IMG/VR virus record: IMGVR_UViG_3300044513_003764
Coordinates: 14,451-78,450 of that record
Direction: 5' to 3' (one strand)
DNA from: a virus
Lineage: Duplodnaviria; Caudoviricetes
Length of the DNA stretch: 64,000 nucleotides
The notes beneath the pieces were generated by a model. That model did no database searches, had not been told where the DNA came from, and saw nothing but the letters and a program-made list of their open reading frames with translations. Position numbers and translations under genes: made by a program. This document shows, in pieces, positions 44,490 through 54,187 of this stretch (positions are counted from its first letter, which is position 1; each line of letters opens with the position of its first letter).

Positions 44490-46218
44490 AGCTACCCGAG
44501 TAGGTTAATTCTTCCGCTAGGTGGTCAAACGTCCTATAAAGGAGCGGAGTGATATTCAGTCTAGGATCTGCCGCAAGCGGTTGGTTAGGCGCAAGCGGAT
44601 GCGGAGACTGCAACATCTGGGATAATAATACCAGAAATTGTTGCATCGCAGATTGAGTTTGTTGGATCATGCGGAAGGGGAAACCCTTCAGCATTTCCGC
44701 TATCTCAGAATCAGTTTTGTCGGGGAAAAGGTATTTCATGGCCTCTAGGCTGTCTACACCTAGTTCCTGCATGTTGCGGACGACCATGGACTTTTGAAGA
44801 ACGTCATAAGACGTATCTTCATAAACATCACCCTGATACCGATAAGAAACTTCGCGGTCACCATCCTCTGGGAGACCGACAACACCACGAGGTACTTTGT
44901 TTTCTGCGACGGCTTTCTTGATTGCCTCGTCAAGTTTGGTCTCGAATTTCAGTACCGAAATCTGGTACTTCTCGAGTGACTCCGGAGTCTCCTCTTTAGG
45001 GGGTTTGGGTTCTTTCATGCCGGAAGCCAGCAGGAAAGATTCGCGGAAGATCTGCTCCTGGTGGTAGATCATCATCTCCAGGAGACGATTAAATCCGTAG
45101 ATCAGGAAGCTTTTGTTTTTCCGAAGAGCCGTGGCTTGAGCACGACCCATCAGACCCTTGATCTCCGTTGCGGTGGCACCGGCAGAGATCGAAATCTCGT
45201 CGACACCACCCAGAGCGGTACGAATCTCCTCCCGAAGGAGAAGCGTGTACCGGTTCATATCCCCGTTCACGGGGTCAGGAGTCATGTAACCGACTCGGTC
45301 AGAAGGTTCAACGTTCGCGATGATTCGCGGCACGCGGAGACCAGAGCCCATACCAGCGCCAAAGGGCTCACTAACTCGCGTCGACGGACTGTCGGCGCCA
45401 GCAAAACCGCTTTGACTACTAATAGTTGGCCTAAAGGTGCTCTGACTATCGTTCGCTTCGACCAGATCACTACGAGGACGGGAACTGATCAGAGTCGGGT
45501 TGCCAAAGAACTCAATATTTTTGGCAATGTTACGAGTCAGCTGATCATGAAGCACGATCTGCTCCATGAACGGGTCAAACTCACCTTCTCCTTCGGTACC
45601 GCTAGCGTTCGGTTTGTTTAAAACCTCAACCGCAGGGACAAAACCAAGGGTATTAGGGCGTTTCTTGGCAGGACTTAAGATCGCGCCGGGCTCGAGATCG
45701 AAACTGAGTTCAGTGTCGGTCTCAACTTCAGTGATTTCCTCAGCAGTAATAGAAAGGCGGACGTAGCGCTTGTTCTGTCCGTAGCTATTACTAGGTAAAC
45801 CTAAGTTTGCGTTCTTTACCTTATAGCTATAGATGATAATTACTTCTTCAACTTCACCGTTTAGGTCGTGGTAGACGCGATACTGGTTTTTATTGAAGAA
45901 ATAAATCTGGTACTTGAGTTTCGGGTCAGGGCGAAAGTAAAAAAGCCCACAGCCGTCGATCAGGAAGTTGCGGATAATCGAAGGGAATCGAATATCCAGC
46001 CGGTTCAGCTTGATTACATCCTCTAGGAAACGCGTACGGCTCCTATAGGTGTCTTGCTCACAGTAGAAAGTGAGACCCTTCTTCATCATGAGAAGGGTCA
46101 TCTGCTGTAAGTGGCTCAGCACAACCATCGTTGCCGATTGGTTGCTCCGATCCTGAGTGCGCGAAGCTTCCAGAATCTCGTTGAACCTTGTTCTGCTTTC
46201 AGTCGAGGCGGAAGGCAT
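43981..46218 (-). CDS. portal protein with long G/P-rich C-terminal extension
   Basis: Size and position between TerL and MCP; LGFVPAVEV, FFGNPTL, ALGGVDE...ATEIK portal-like motifs. Confidence 0.8.
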   Translation of the reverse strand: MPSASTESRTRFNEILEASRTQDRSNQSATMVVLSHLQQMTLLMMKKGLTFYCEQDTYRSRTRFLEDVIKLNRLDIRFPSIIRNFLIDGCGLFYFRPDPKLKYQIYFFNKNQYRVYHDLNGEVEEVIIIYSYKVKNANLGLPSNSYGQNKRYVRLSITAEEITEVETDTELSFDLEPGAILSPAKKRPNTLGFVPAVEVLNKPNASGTEGEGEFDPFMEQIVLHDQLTRNIAKNIEFFGNPTLISSRPRSDLVEANDSQSTFRPTISSQSGFAGADSPSTRVSEPFGAGMGSGLRVPRIIANVEPSDRVGYMTPDPVNGDMNRYTLLLREEIRTALGGVDEISISAGATATEIKGLMGRAQATALRKNKSFLIYGFNRLLEMMIYHQEQIFRESFLLASGMKEPKPPKEETPESLEKYQISVLKFETKLDEAIKKAVAENKVPRGVVGLPEDGDREVSYRYQGDVYEDTSYDVLQKSMVVRNMQELGVDSLEAMKYLFPDKTDSEIAEMLKGFPFRMIQQTQSAMQQFLVLLSQMLQSPHPLAPNQPLAADPRLNITPLLYRTFDHLAEELTYSGSYEPADPSFDPEPGLPGGSPGGNLGPGLDRLPAMGGANSYPGGSFGTYSPTAVAGGTGYGPFYQQPVQPVNVRLLPEQPLGSSNGFPGAGAVPGQLSIPQPGTTVSLPDNWSAGYATDQSEFTGPTLGLPGAPGSADLVYQRLTDPGFLSGFYGPDERRSGNQRRNSRRR

Positions 46219-46250
46219 TCACTGCTGCGGGCTAAAAACCCGAAATAAGA

Positions 46251-46409
46251 TTACTTAGAAGACTTCATCTCTTTGTGCTTACGGGCTTTATCCCGAGCAC
46301 GGGTGCGCTTTTCAGAGTCGCCGCGAAGTTCCTCACCGCTAGGAGCTTTGGTTTCTTCCTGCTTTTCTTTAAAACGCGCTAAGACTTCAGCGGGCATTTT
46401 ATCGGACAT
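46251..46409 (-). CDS. small charged protein (52 aa), not in ORF track
   Basis: MSDKMPAEVLARFKEKQ...ARKHKEMKSSK*. Confidence 0.55.
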   Translation of the reverse strand: MSDKMPAEVLARFKEKQEETKAPSGEELRGDSEKRTRARDKARKHKEMKSSK

Positions 46410-47214
46410 CGGGCAACAGATAATTCCTTACTCTTTCCAGTTTAACCAGTTCTTTCGGGAGATTTTCAACGGGATACGAAGTCAGCAAATGATCCTCCCG
46501 ACCAAGCATGTCGGTATTGCCTTCTTCAGGCTCAAACTCATCACACAACTTCTGTACCTCGGGACGGTCCCAGATGTAATACTCGGCAATCGACCTGAGC
46601 TTCAGCTTGCGCTTATCGGAGTCGCCCATCCAAGAGAAGTGCCAGCCCGCGTCGCGATCACCGAAATAACGGTTTGCTTGTGTGGCGCGCATAGAGGACA
46701 AAGTCCCAAAATCTTTTAGTTGTCCCACGGTGCTGACGACTCCACATCGCCAGTCAAAAAGCTCGCCTTCAGGCGAAACGAGCTGACGATCCGCACGACC
46801 ATAGTGCATAGACATGCTTAATCGGACAACATTTTCCTTCTCTTCCTCAACGACCCTTAGGAGCTCCTGAAACTTATCTGGGTTAGCGATCTCGTCGCAG
46901 TCCGAACAGATAAAAACTGTGTCGTCAGGCATCATGTGTAGCCCGACTCCCAGAGCGTCGCGTTGACCACGCTCACGAATCCAAGGGTCAGGAGCTTCCT
47001 CGGCAGAAGGCAGCTCCACATGCAGAACCTGAATCTTCTCTTCGGGGAGACCAAGCTCTCTAATGGTCTCTAAGCACGTGAATTCTTTCTCCTCACCTCT
47101 ATGCGTACGGTTAGCGTCCGTAATCAGAAAACCATCTACAGAGTCCTCAAGCGTACGAATCCGCAGTTCGAGGATCTCTCGCTCATTGAAGTAGGGGAAG
47201 CAATCTATGAGCAC
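46399..47214 (-). CDS. glycosyltransferase, GT17-like (beta-1,4-GlcNAc transferase family)
   Basis: DCFPYFNEREILELRI, RERGQRD, SDCDEI (DxD) and AGWHFSWMG motifs. Confidence 0.8.
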   Translation of the reverse strand: MLIDCFPYFNEREILELRIRTLEDSVDGFLITDANRTHRGEEKEFTCLETIRELGLPEEKIQVLHVELPSAEEAPDPWIRERGQRDALGVGLHMMPDDTVFICSDCDEIANPDKFQELLRVVEEEKENVVRLSMSMHYGRADRQLVSPEGELFDWRCGVVSTVGQLKDFGTLSSMRATQANRYFGDRDAGWHFSWMGDSDKRKLKLRSIAEYYIWDRPEVQKLCDEFEPEEGNTDMLGREDHLLTSYPVENLPKELVKLERVRNYLLPDVR

Positions 47215-47245
47215 GCGAACCAGAAAACTCTGGCAGCATACTAAC

Positions 47246-47539
47246 TCAGTTTTTAGAGTTTAAGTACTGGCTCACCCGGCGCTTAGCTCGCGCCAAAATA
47301 TTCCCACTGTTGTCACCCATATCGTCAGGAGTACCGTTGGGTACACCGTCAGAATACTCAGTAGGAGGAATTGGCGCTTGAGGCGTCGGTTCGCCGATAA
47401 GGCTTGCCGCCTCCTCCTCTTGTGTATCCGCAAAAGCCTCATCTGAAAAGAGGTCTGATCGACGTTGCTGCTCAGATGCAGCAATCTGTTTGCGATACGC
47501 CTCCGAGAAATCAGTGGCGGCATTTAAATAAGGGTTCAT
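47246..47539 (-). CDS. hypothetical protein
   Basis: 97-aa ORF. Confidence 0.6.
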   Translation of the reverse strand: MNPYLNAATDFSEAYRKQIAASEQQRRSDLFSDEAFADTQEEEAASLIGEPTPQAPIPPTEYSDGVPNGTPDDMGDNSGNILARAKRRVSQYLNSKN

Positions 47540-47811
47540 CAGAAGAGAACGTTCGCTGAGGTGATCGTCCCACCACTAATCGCAGTGCAGGCCAGATTAA
47601 CCAAGGACGGCGCCGTGGCCGTAAACTGCAAATACTGTCCCGGACTATCAGAAAGCTCTAGATAGACAGTGCTACTAGAGGAAGCATTCAGGTAAAGCCC
47701 CCGACAAGTGGGGAACCTAGCCTCGCCATCAGAAGGCTGCCAGGAAAGTCCGCTTCCGTAAGGGAGCACCGAAGTCTGTCCAAAGACAGAACCAAAAGCG
47801 CGAATATCCAT
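47539..47811 (-). CDS. hypothetical, probable small virion protein
   Basis: 90 aa, beta-rich (CRGLYL...YLELSD). Confidence 0.6.
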   Translation of the reverse strand: MDIRAFGSVFGQTSVLPYGSGLSWQPSDGEARFPTCRGLYLNASSSSTVYLELSDSPGQYLQFTATAPSLVNLACTAISGGTITSANVLF

Positions 47812-47834
47812 AGTAAAAGAGCTCCAAACTAAGT

Positions 47835-48125
47835 TTAACTCTCCTCCTCAGAAATTTCGATTAATTTCTGCAGATACCACGCGCATTTCTTTAGGTCTTC
47901 GACACCATTTTTAAATTCGGTACGCCAAAGGTATTTCAGGCAGGCTCCCCGACAGTAAGAACGTAAGCCCTCCTTACCTAAGGCAGACTCAAGCGCATCA
48001 ATACACTCAATGGAACCCTGCGTGTAGTGTGCAGGATGATCTACAGGATCACTAAAGAGCATAGGTTTGCTGGGTGAAAGGTCGTCGATCTCATTAAACA
48101 AGAATCTATCTTCCTCGAAGAGCAT
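47835..48125 (-). CDS. DUF3310 family protein
   Basis: DPVDHPAHYTQGSIECID...KYLWR..KNGVEDLKKCAWYL. Confidence 0.85.
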   Translation of the reverse strand: MLFEEDRFLFNEIDDLSPSKPMLFSDPVDHPAHYTQGSIECIDALESALGKEGLRSYCRGACLKYLWRTEFKNGVEDLKKCAWYLQKLIEISEEES

Positions 48126-49030
48126 CAGGTAACAAAAATCTCAGAGATGTCTAGCAGATTGTCTGTTTTCGTGCTGAGCTCTTCGCTGTACTTCGTATCG
48201 AGATGCTCCAGGAGTCCGCAAGGAGCGATCTGCACAGTGCCGTTCGAGCTTACGAGCGGAACCACCCTGCGATGTTCCTGTCCCGAACGAAGGTTTTCAA
48301 AAATTGTCCCCATCGAGCTTCGATCGGCAATTGGCCAGCATCTGTGCTTAGTTAACTCGTAGCTCTCCAATGGATCAAAACTCTTTGAATTGACGTAGTC
48401 TTCTGCCATCTGCTGATCCAGAATCATCAGCCCGGCATAAGGATTACCTAAAGAGGCAAAACCTATAAATTCCGAAGACGGAGTTAAGTAAGTCTCGACT
48501 GTGTAAGGTCGATCACCCCAAACCGAAGGAGTCGGATTATTTAAGTTCCACCTACGGTAGTTATCAAACGGGACGTACTTTTCGTTAAACGACTCGAAAC
48601 GGCAGAAACCTGGCTCGAGGTTTAAAGGTTTTAAGCGATCCTTCCAACTAAACCAATAGAAGAAATTCTCACTCGTCAGGAGCATGTCGTTCTCGCTATA
48701 GAGGTAGAAGTCATACGCCCTCGCTTCCACGGCTAACTTCAAGAGCTCCTTATGACTCCAAGTGAGCGAGAATCCTTTGTATTCCTCGGGAGCAATAACA
48801 ACGTCAATAACTAATCTCTTTACGTTACTAAGTATTAAGTTAAGTAAAGTGTCTTTGTCCTCTCTGTGCTCATAGTCAATAAATATAAACACCTCTTTAG
48901 TTCCAGGCAGCTCCTCGTAGCCACGAAGAACCTCGAGCAGGGGGTCAAACCGAGCCAGAGGGTTGTGCGCCGTGATGGCGATAAAATACTTGGAGGAGTA
49001 TAGAGAAGCGTTAGAACAAGTCATTATCAA
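48125..49030 (-). CDS. putative GT-A fold glycosyltransferase-like protein
   Basis: YDFYLYSENDMLL (DxD-like END after a beta strand) and NPYAGLMIL; overlaps the terL stop. Confidence 0.5.
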   Translation of the reverse strand: MIMTCSNASLYSSKYFIAITAHNPLARFDPLLEVLRGYEELPGTKEVFIFIDYEHREDKDTLLNLILSNVKRLVIDVVIAPEEYKGFSLTWSHKELLKLAVEARAYDFYLYSENDMLLTSENFFYWFSWKDRLKPLNLEPGFCRFESFNEKYVPFDNYRRWNLNNPTPSVWGDRPYTVETYLTPSSEFIGFASLGNPYAGLMILDQQMAEDYVNSKSFDPLESYELTKHRCWPIADRSSMGTIFENLRSGQEHRRVVPLVSSNGTVQIAPCGLLEHLDTKYSEELSTKTDNLLDISEIFVT

Positions 49031-50550
49031 TACTCCATTTCGAAGTTACCTCGCCGCTGTAGGTAGGTAACCACCCAGGTGTAAGCATCGAGAAGGTCGT
49101 CGTGAGAGGTTGCACCAATATTGATCAGTTGATCAAAAAGAGCATCGAACTTTCGGAACCGGTTAAAGACCACCTTTTTATTCTCTAACAACCCGAGAGT
49201 ACCTCTGAATCGAGCGATCTTGTCGCCACGGAAACCTTTCGCCTCGTGGATGTGGATGTTGCCAAGACCCCGTTCACTGAGGAGGATACGTCTAAGGTCA
49301 GCAGCGAGTGAAGCCTGGTAAGCAACCGACTCAACGACCAAAGTACATGTGGAGTAAGTGGGGAAGTACTCGCCCTCACTGTTCTCCTGAAGAATGCCCC
49401 ACTCCACGAGCATCTTGCAGAGAAGATCTATCTTCTCCAAGTTGCCAATCGAACGAACTTGATGCGCATCAATAACGTAGTACTTGTCCTTTAACCTCCC
49501 AGCAAGTACAAACGCTGTGTAGTCTGAGGTTTCGTTTTTACTCGCGGAGAGGTCGATACCAACAGCGAGGCTATCGAACTCAGTTACGACGTCACCCTTA
49601 ATCAAAAGATCTGGAGAGAGAACCAGATCAGATGTCATCACAGGTTGCTGCTGGTACTGGAAGGCAAAAGCAACTGGATCTAGCTCTTTCTGACCTTGTA
49701 AATAGTCAACACTCCACTGCTCAGGCCAATAGCTTTCTGGTTCTCCCTTATCGTCATAAGTCAAAGCTTCTTGAGTGACCTGCTTCCAGCCTTTCTGCGG
49801 AACAAACATCGTCTTGTGGATGTCAAGCGGATGGAATCGAGTACCCAAGCAAATAGCTCGCCCGCCCTCAAAAATAATCGGAGCAATAACGGAGCTCCAG
49901 TTGTTGTTCATCTCCTCCCTAATAGTCGGGTTTTTAATGTCCGTACTTGATTTAATAGGGTCATCGACGATAACGAGGTGCGCACGTTTTGAGGTGATAG
50001 AACCCCTCAGACCAGCAGCACGGAGAGTAAATTCCTCGTCGCCCACACGGCTGATGCCCGCATAGTCGAAATCGATACTCCAGCCGATATCCGACTGCAT
50101 GCCTGAACGCAACTGAACCTTCGGGAAGATCTTCTTGTACGTGGAGGAGTCAATAATCTGCTTAATGATTCGACTTTTCGGGATGGCAGTAGCGATGTTG
50201 TACGAGCAGTAGATGATCTGAAGGGGGAGACCTGCGGTCGTATGGCGCCCGATAATCCAGGCGGTAAACATGTTGAGAACCGTGGATTTGGCGCTACCCC
50301 GAGGAGCGAGGATATCCAGGTTGGGACCAGCAATATCTATAAGGTATCGATTGCTCTCCCCGGTCACTAAGTGTTGATGCCACTCCAGCATATGCTTTGC
50401 TGGGGCTTTATCCATAACAGTACAGAAGGTAGAGAAGTCATCTGCTGCCCTGGTAAATATAGAACTTAACTCCGGTGCCTCAGAGTCTACAGCTTTTGCT
50501 GCACGCAGCTTAAGAGCACGTCGATAAGCAAATGACTCTCTACTCGGCAT
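49027..50550 (-). CDS. terL: terminase large subunit
   Basis: Walker A APRGSAKST, Walker B VIVDDP, coupling LGTRFH, nuclease VGIDLS...HDDLLDA. Confidence 0.93.
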   Translation of the reverse strand: MPSRESFAYRRALKLRAAKAVDSEAPELSSIFTRAADDFSTFCTVMDKAPAKHMLEWHQHLVTGESNRYLIDIAGPNLDILAPRGSAKSTVLNMFTAWIIGRHTTAGLPLQIIYCSYNIATAIPKSRIIKQIIDSSTYKKIFPKVQLRSGMQSDIGWSIDFDYAGISRVGDEEFTLRAAGLRGSITSKRAHLVIVDDPIKSSTDIKNPTIREEMNNNWSSVIAPIIFEGGRAICLGTRFHPLDIHKTMFVPQKGWKQVTQEALTYDDKGEPESYWPEQWSVDYLQGQKELDPVAFAFQYQQQPVMTSDLVLSPDLLIKGDVVTEFDSLAVGIDLSASKNETSDYTAFVLAGRLKDKYYVIDAHQVRSIGNLEKIDLLCKMLVEWGILQENSEGEYFPTYSTCTLVVESVAYQASLAADLRRILLSERGLGNIHIHEAKGFRGDKIARFRGTLGLLENKKVVFNRFRKFDALFDQLINIGATSHDDLLDAYTWVVTYLQRRGNFEMEY

Positions 50551-50598
50551 GTCCTTTTAAAAGATGTCTGTATACTAATAGCCAGATTCTACCTTTAA

Positions 50599-51771
50599 AT
50601 GGCAAAGATTCTCTGGTACGGAGACATTCTTTCGAACACAGGGTTCGCTAGAGTCACACATAGTATTCTTGAGCACCTAGCAAAAGATAATGAAGTAGTC
50701 GCGTTTGGTATCAACTACGCTGGAGATCCTCATAATCTCCCATTTAAGGTCTACCCCGCTGCAGCTAATAACCCGTCTGATCGCTTTGGTATAGGCCGAT
50801 TACCACAGGTCGTCGAAGCTGAAGATCCAGACTTCATCATCTGCCTGAATGACATCTGGGTGGTCAACCAAGTCTGGGAAAGGATTCACCTCCTTCAGTC
50901 CACGCTTGGATTTAAATTCATCGCCTACTTCCCGATCGATTCGGAGTGGTATATCGAGAGCCACCTTCGCTATGTGAAGGACTGGGATTTCGCGATCACC
51001 TTCACGATCGAGCAGGCTCAAAGGCTCATGAAGCACGGCATCACCCCCAAGTTGATGGGTGTGGTGCCTCACGGCATCGATACCTCTAAGTTCTTCGCCA
51101 TGGAGCGCGATGAGGCTCGCAGGCAACTGAAGCTGCCTTTAGATAAGTTCATCGTTCTCAACGCAAACCGAAACCAGCCGCGCAAACGAATCGACTTGAC
51201 CATCAAGGCGTTTGTCGAGTTCGCTAAAGACAAACCAGATACGATGCTGTATCTCCATATGAGCGAGAAGGACCTCGGTTGGGACGTCCGCGCTCTGTTT
51301 GAGACGGAGATGAAGCGGAATGGTCTTAAGTCGGATCAACGACTGATCATGACCTCCAACAACATCAACTACGTCAACGCTCCCCCTGACGAGCTGCTCA
51401 ATAAGATCTACAACGCTTGCGATGTCGGTATCAATACGGCAAACGGAGAAGGCTGGGGTCTCGTTCCTTTCGAGCACGCCTCCTGTAAGCGAGCTCAGGT
51501 CTTACCTGACCACACGTCCTGCGCCGACATCTGGAAAAACAAAGCGCCTCTCGCCCGAGTTGCCTCTTGGATTTACGACAAAGATCTTGGTGTGGAGCGG
51601 GGAATCGTAGACACAGGACACATGGCAGAGCTACTGACTGAGCTCTACGAGGACGAGACCTACAGAAATCAAGTTGCTGAGTCCTGCTTTGAGGTCACGC
51701 AGAATCCGTCCTACAGGTGGGACCGAATCGCCGAAGGTTTCCAACGCGCCATGGAGGAGCTGAGCAAGTGA
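50599..51771 (+). CDS. glycosyltransferase family 4 (GT-B)
   Basis: NTGFARV, ANRNQPRKRID, DVGINTANGEGWGLVPFEHA motifs. Confidence 0.88.
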   Translation: MAKILWYGDILSNTGFARVTHSILEHLAKDNEVVAFGINYAGDPHNLPFKVYPAAANNPSDRFGIGRLPQVVEAEDPDFIICLNDIWVVNQVWERIHLLQSTLGFKFIAYFPIDSEWYIESHLRYVKDWDFAITFTIEQAQRLMKHGITPKLMGVVPHGIDTSKFFAMERDEARRQLKLPLDKFIVLNANRNQPRKRIDLTIKAFVEFAKDKPDTMLYLHMSEKDLGWDVRALFETEMKRNGLKSDQRLIMTSNNINYVNAPPDELLNKIYNACDVGINTANGEGWGLVPFEHASCKRAQVLPDHTSCADIWKNKAPLARVASWIYDKDLGVERGIVDTGHMAELLTELYEDETYRNQVAESCFEVTQNPSYRWDRIAEGFQRAMEELSK

Positions 51772-52853
51772 GTCTGCAATTCCACCGATATCGGACTTAT
51801 CACGACAGAGCAGTTCGTAAAGTCCACCTCCCTTCAAGCAAAGGTTTTCCCTCCGTATACCTCCAAGCGCAGGAGATTGGTGGGGAGTTCGTGCGAATAA
51901 CTGATGGTCTGCCTCCCACGGCTGTCGCTAACTTCAGTCCTTGCGTACTTAAGCACCATGGATCGACACTGATTGCGTGGCGATCACAACCAGAACCTTT
52001 TGTGTTCCGGCACGACATGAAGTACTTCTACTACAACAACACGCCAACCGACATTTACGTAGGAGAGCTGCTTAGGGACGACACGATTGTCGCTCCGAGG
52101 AAACTAAGGGCAGGTAAGCATCGCCTCAGCTACGAGGACCCTCGCCTTTTCCTGTCGCCCGACGACAAGCTCCACTGCCAGTTCATCACAAGTAGCTACG
52201 CCAGTAAGTGGGATAGCTCGAAGCACAAACTGGTTAAGAGCCCCAAGGTCTGCACAGGATTGATTGACGAGTGGGGTCAGCTCGTCGACTGCTTCTTCCC
52301 TCCTCTAGGACGGAACCTTCAGGACGGAGCAGCGGAGAAAAACTGGTGTTTCTACTCCAAAGGAGACGAACTAAAACTCCTTTACTCCACGGCTCCGATC
52401 GTCATCAAGACTCCTGGCCAGGAAGACAAGGTAATCGACTCGTCCTGTTTGAAGGAAGTTACAGGCAACCACCCGACTTTTAACTCAACCGCACCTGTGC
52501 AGATTGGGGACGAGTGGCTTGTTTTCTACCACTTCAAGTACATGGTGCACGAGCTCGATAAGAGACCGTACCTCATGTATGCGCTTAGCGCCTACACACT
52601 CGATGAAGACCAGACGAAGATCGTCCGCATGATGAAGGAGCCTCTCTTCGTAGGTTCGACTAACGATGATTTAATCACCTGGACGGATGCAGTTGGAAAC
52701 GACATCTCGCATCAACCAGCTTGCATCCTTCCCTTTGGTTGCTTCATCGAGGATGAAGAGGAGCTCGTTATGTCACTCGGCGTAAACGACTCCTTCATGG
52801 GCATCTTTAGAACGCCAGTACTAAACGTGCTAAGTTTGATGCAACGTGTTTAA
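51768..52853 (+). CDS. beta-propeller glycosidase/phosphorylase-like protein (GH130/GH43-like)
   Basis: NFSPC...YEDPRLF...EKNWCFY motifs; GTG start overlaps the GT4 stop. Confidence 0.6.
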   Translation: MSLQFHRYRTYHDRAVRKVHLPSSKGFPSVYLQAQEIGGEFVRITDGLPPTAVANFSPCVLKHHGSTLIAWRSQPEPFVFRHDMKYFYYNNTPTDIYVGELLRDDTIVAPRKLRAGKHRLSYEDPRLFLSPDDKLHCQFITSSYASKWDSSKHKLVKSPKVCTGLIDEWGQLVDCFFPPLGRNLQDGAAEKNWCFYSKGDELKLLYSTAPIVIKTPGQEDKVIDSSCLKEVTGNHPTFNSTAPVQIGDEWLVFYHFKYMVHELDKRPYLMYALSAYTLDEDQTKIVRMMKEPLFVGSTNDDLITWTDAVGNDISHQPACILPFGCFIEDEEELVMSLGVNDSFMGIFRTPVLNVLSLMQRV

Positions 52854-52895
52854 TCTAGAAGCCAAGGGAGTTCGCTCTCATTAAACACGTCGGTG

Positions 52896-52918
52896 GGGAG
52901 CTTACAGGCTCCCTTTTT
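52896..52918 (+). terminator. intrinsic terminator
   Basis: GGGAGC-TTACAG-GCTCCC-TTTTT. Confidence 0.75.
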
Positions 52919-53448
52919 TATGTCTTCTCTTCGCGTTCAATCACTGACCACACAATCAATGACGCTTCTTCGAGAAGCGCGCTCATTGTGGGCTGGTCCT
53001 CAAAGCTATTAACAAGCTCTCGAAGACAGCGATCAGCACCCGCTAAGAGAAGCCCGCGTCGATCAAGACCATCGGTCAGCTGACGCACTGCTTGAATATG
53101 GGATCTAAGTTCCTTCTGCAGAACAGCGATCTTGGTTGCTGCAGTTGCGTGGTCTAACATCCCGGTCAGCGTCATTTGTCTGACGTTGCCAAGATCCATT
53201 TTCAACGCATCAATCTCGATCAACAGATCTTTTCTTAGATCTGCTTTCGGGTAGCGCTCCTGGATAAACGCAGTTAAGTCAGAAATAGAGCCTTCGTACC
53301 CAGGTTTCAAGAAGCGAGCAAAGAGAAACGCTTCTATATCACTTGTAGAGTTTTTAGCGTAATACGTAAACGCATCACGCTGGGACTTGCTGAGCGAATC
53401 CAGCCACGAAGCAACCGTGGTGGAATCTCCGACTTTGGATTGGATCAT
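52918..53448 (-). CDS. hypothetical helical protein (possible small terminase)
   Basis: 176-aa helical ORF, same strand as and upstream of terL; function by position only. Confidence 0.55.
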   Translation of the reverse strand: MIQSKVGDSTTVASWLDSLSKSQRDAFTYYAKNSTSDIEAFLFARFLKPGYEGSISDLTAFIQERYPKADLRKDLLIEIDALKMDLGNVRQMTLTGMLDHATAATKIAVLQKELRSHIQAVRQLTDGLDRRGLLLAGADRCLRELVNSFEDQPTMSALLEEASLIVWSVIEREEKT

Positions 53449-54185
53449 GCAAAGAAACGCGTACCAGCCAGAGCTTGGCTAGCACCATAGCGCTTCATAG
53501 CAAGTTGAGCTTTAGTTTGCCCTTGAATATTCGCAAGGTCACTGAGAGTTTTGGCTTGCTGAAGTTTTAAGCCACTCTCAAGTGCTTGAGCACCAAGGGC
53601 GAGACTACCCTCGGTCTTAGCTCGAGTGCTGAAGACGTCAGCCAGAGTATCGGCTTGCTTCTGAGCCACGGCGGAACGCGTAGCTTCCTGCAGTTGCCTC
53701 AACCCAAGATTGGTGCTTGCCAGGGTTCGAGCGAGTTCGTTCTCACCAGCCAAGGATGCAGAACCTGCTTGACCCAAAAACTGAGGACCAGCTAATTCAG
53801 TAGCAGTCCGTGCGTTAGCTAGGTTCTTAAGAGTATCGATACCAGCACCAGCTGCCCCCGTAGTGACAGCAGCTTGGGACGTTGTTGCTTTCTCAGCTCG
53901 ATTCAGGGCTTCTTTAAGGATACCCAGCTGAGAGTTAGCGATCGTCGAACCCTCGAGACCAAGTGCTCCGCCAAGAGAACCCTGAAGAATCGCAAGACCG
54001 TTAATAGCAGCGGTCAGCGGATTGTTCATGGCAGCTGCAAGAGCGCCATACTGAGAAAAGTAATCCGAACCACTACCGCCGCCACCAGAGGATGAACCTC
54101 CGCCCCCTCCCGTAAAAGAGCTGATTAAAGATCCAATACCGCCTGCTGCGGTTCCAACTGCCGCTAGTGCCGGAAGAAAACCCAT
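53445..54185 (-). CDS. G/A/S-rich probable internal virion (pilot-like) protein
   Basis: Hydrophobic, Gly-rich N-terminus; Ala-rich helical body. Confidence 0.65.
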   Translation of the reverse strand: MGFLPALAAVGTAAGGIGSLISSFTGGGGGSSSGGGGSGSDYFSQYGALAAAMNNPLTAAINGLAILQGSLGGALGLEGSTIANSQLGILKEALNRAEKATTSQAAVTTGAAGAGIDTLKNLANARTATELAGPQFLGQAGSASLAGENELARTLASTNLGLRQLQEATRSAVAQKQADTLADVFSTRAKTEGSLALGAQALESGLKLQQAKTLSDLANIQGQTKAQLAMKRYGASQALAGTRFFA

Positions 54186-54187
54186 GA

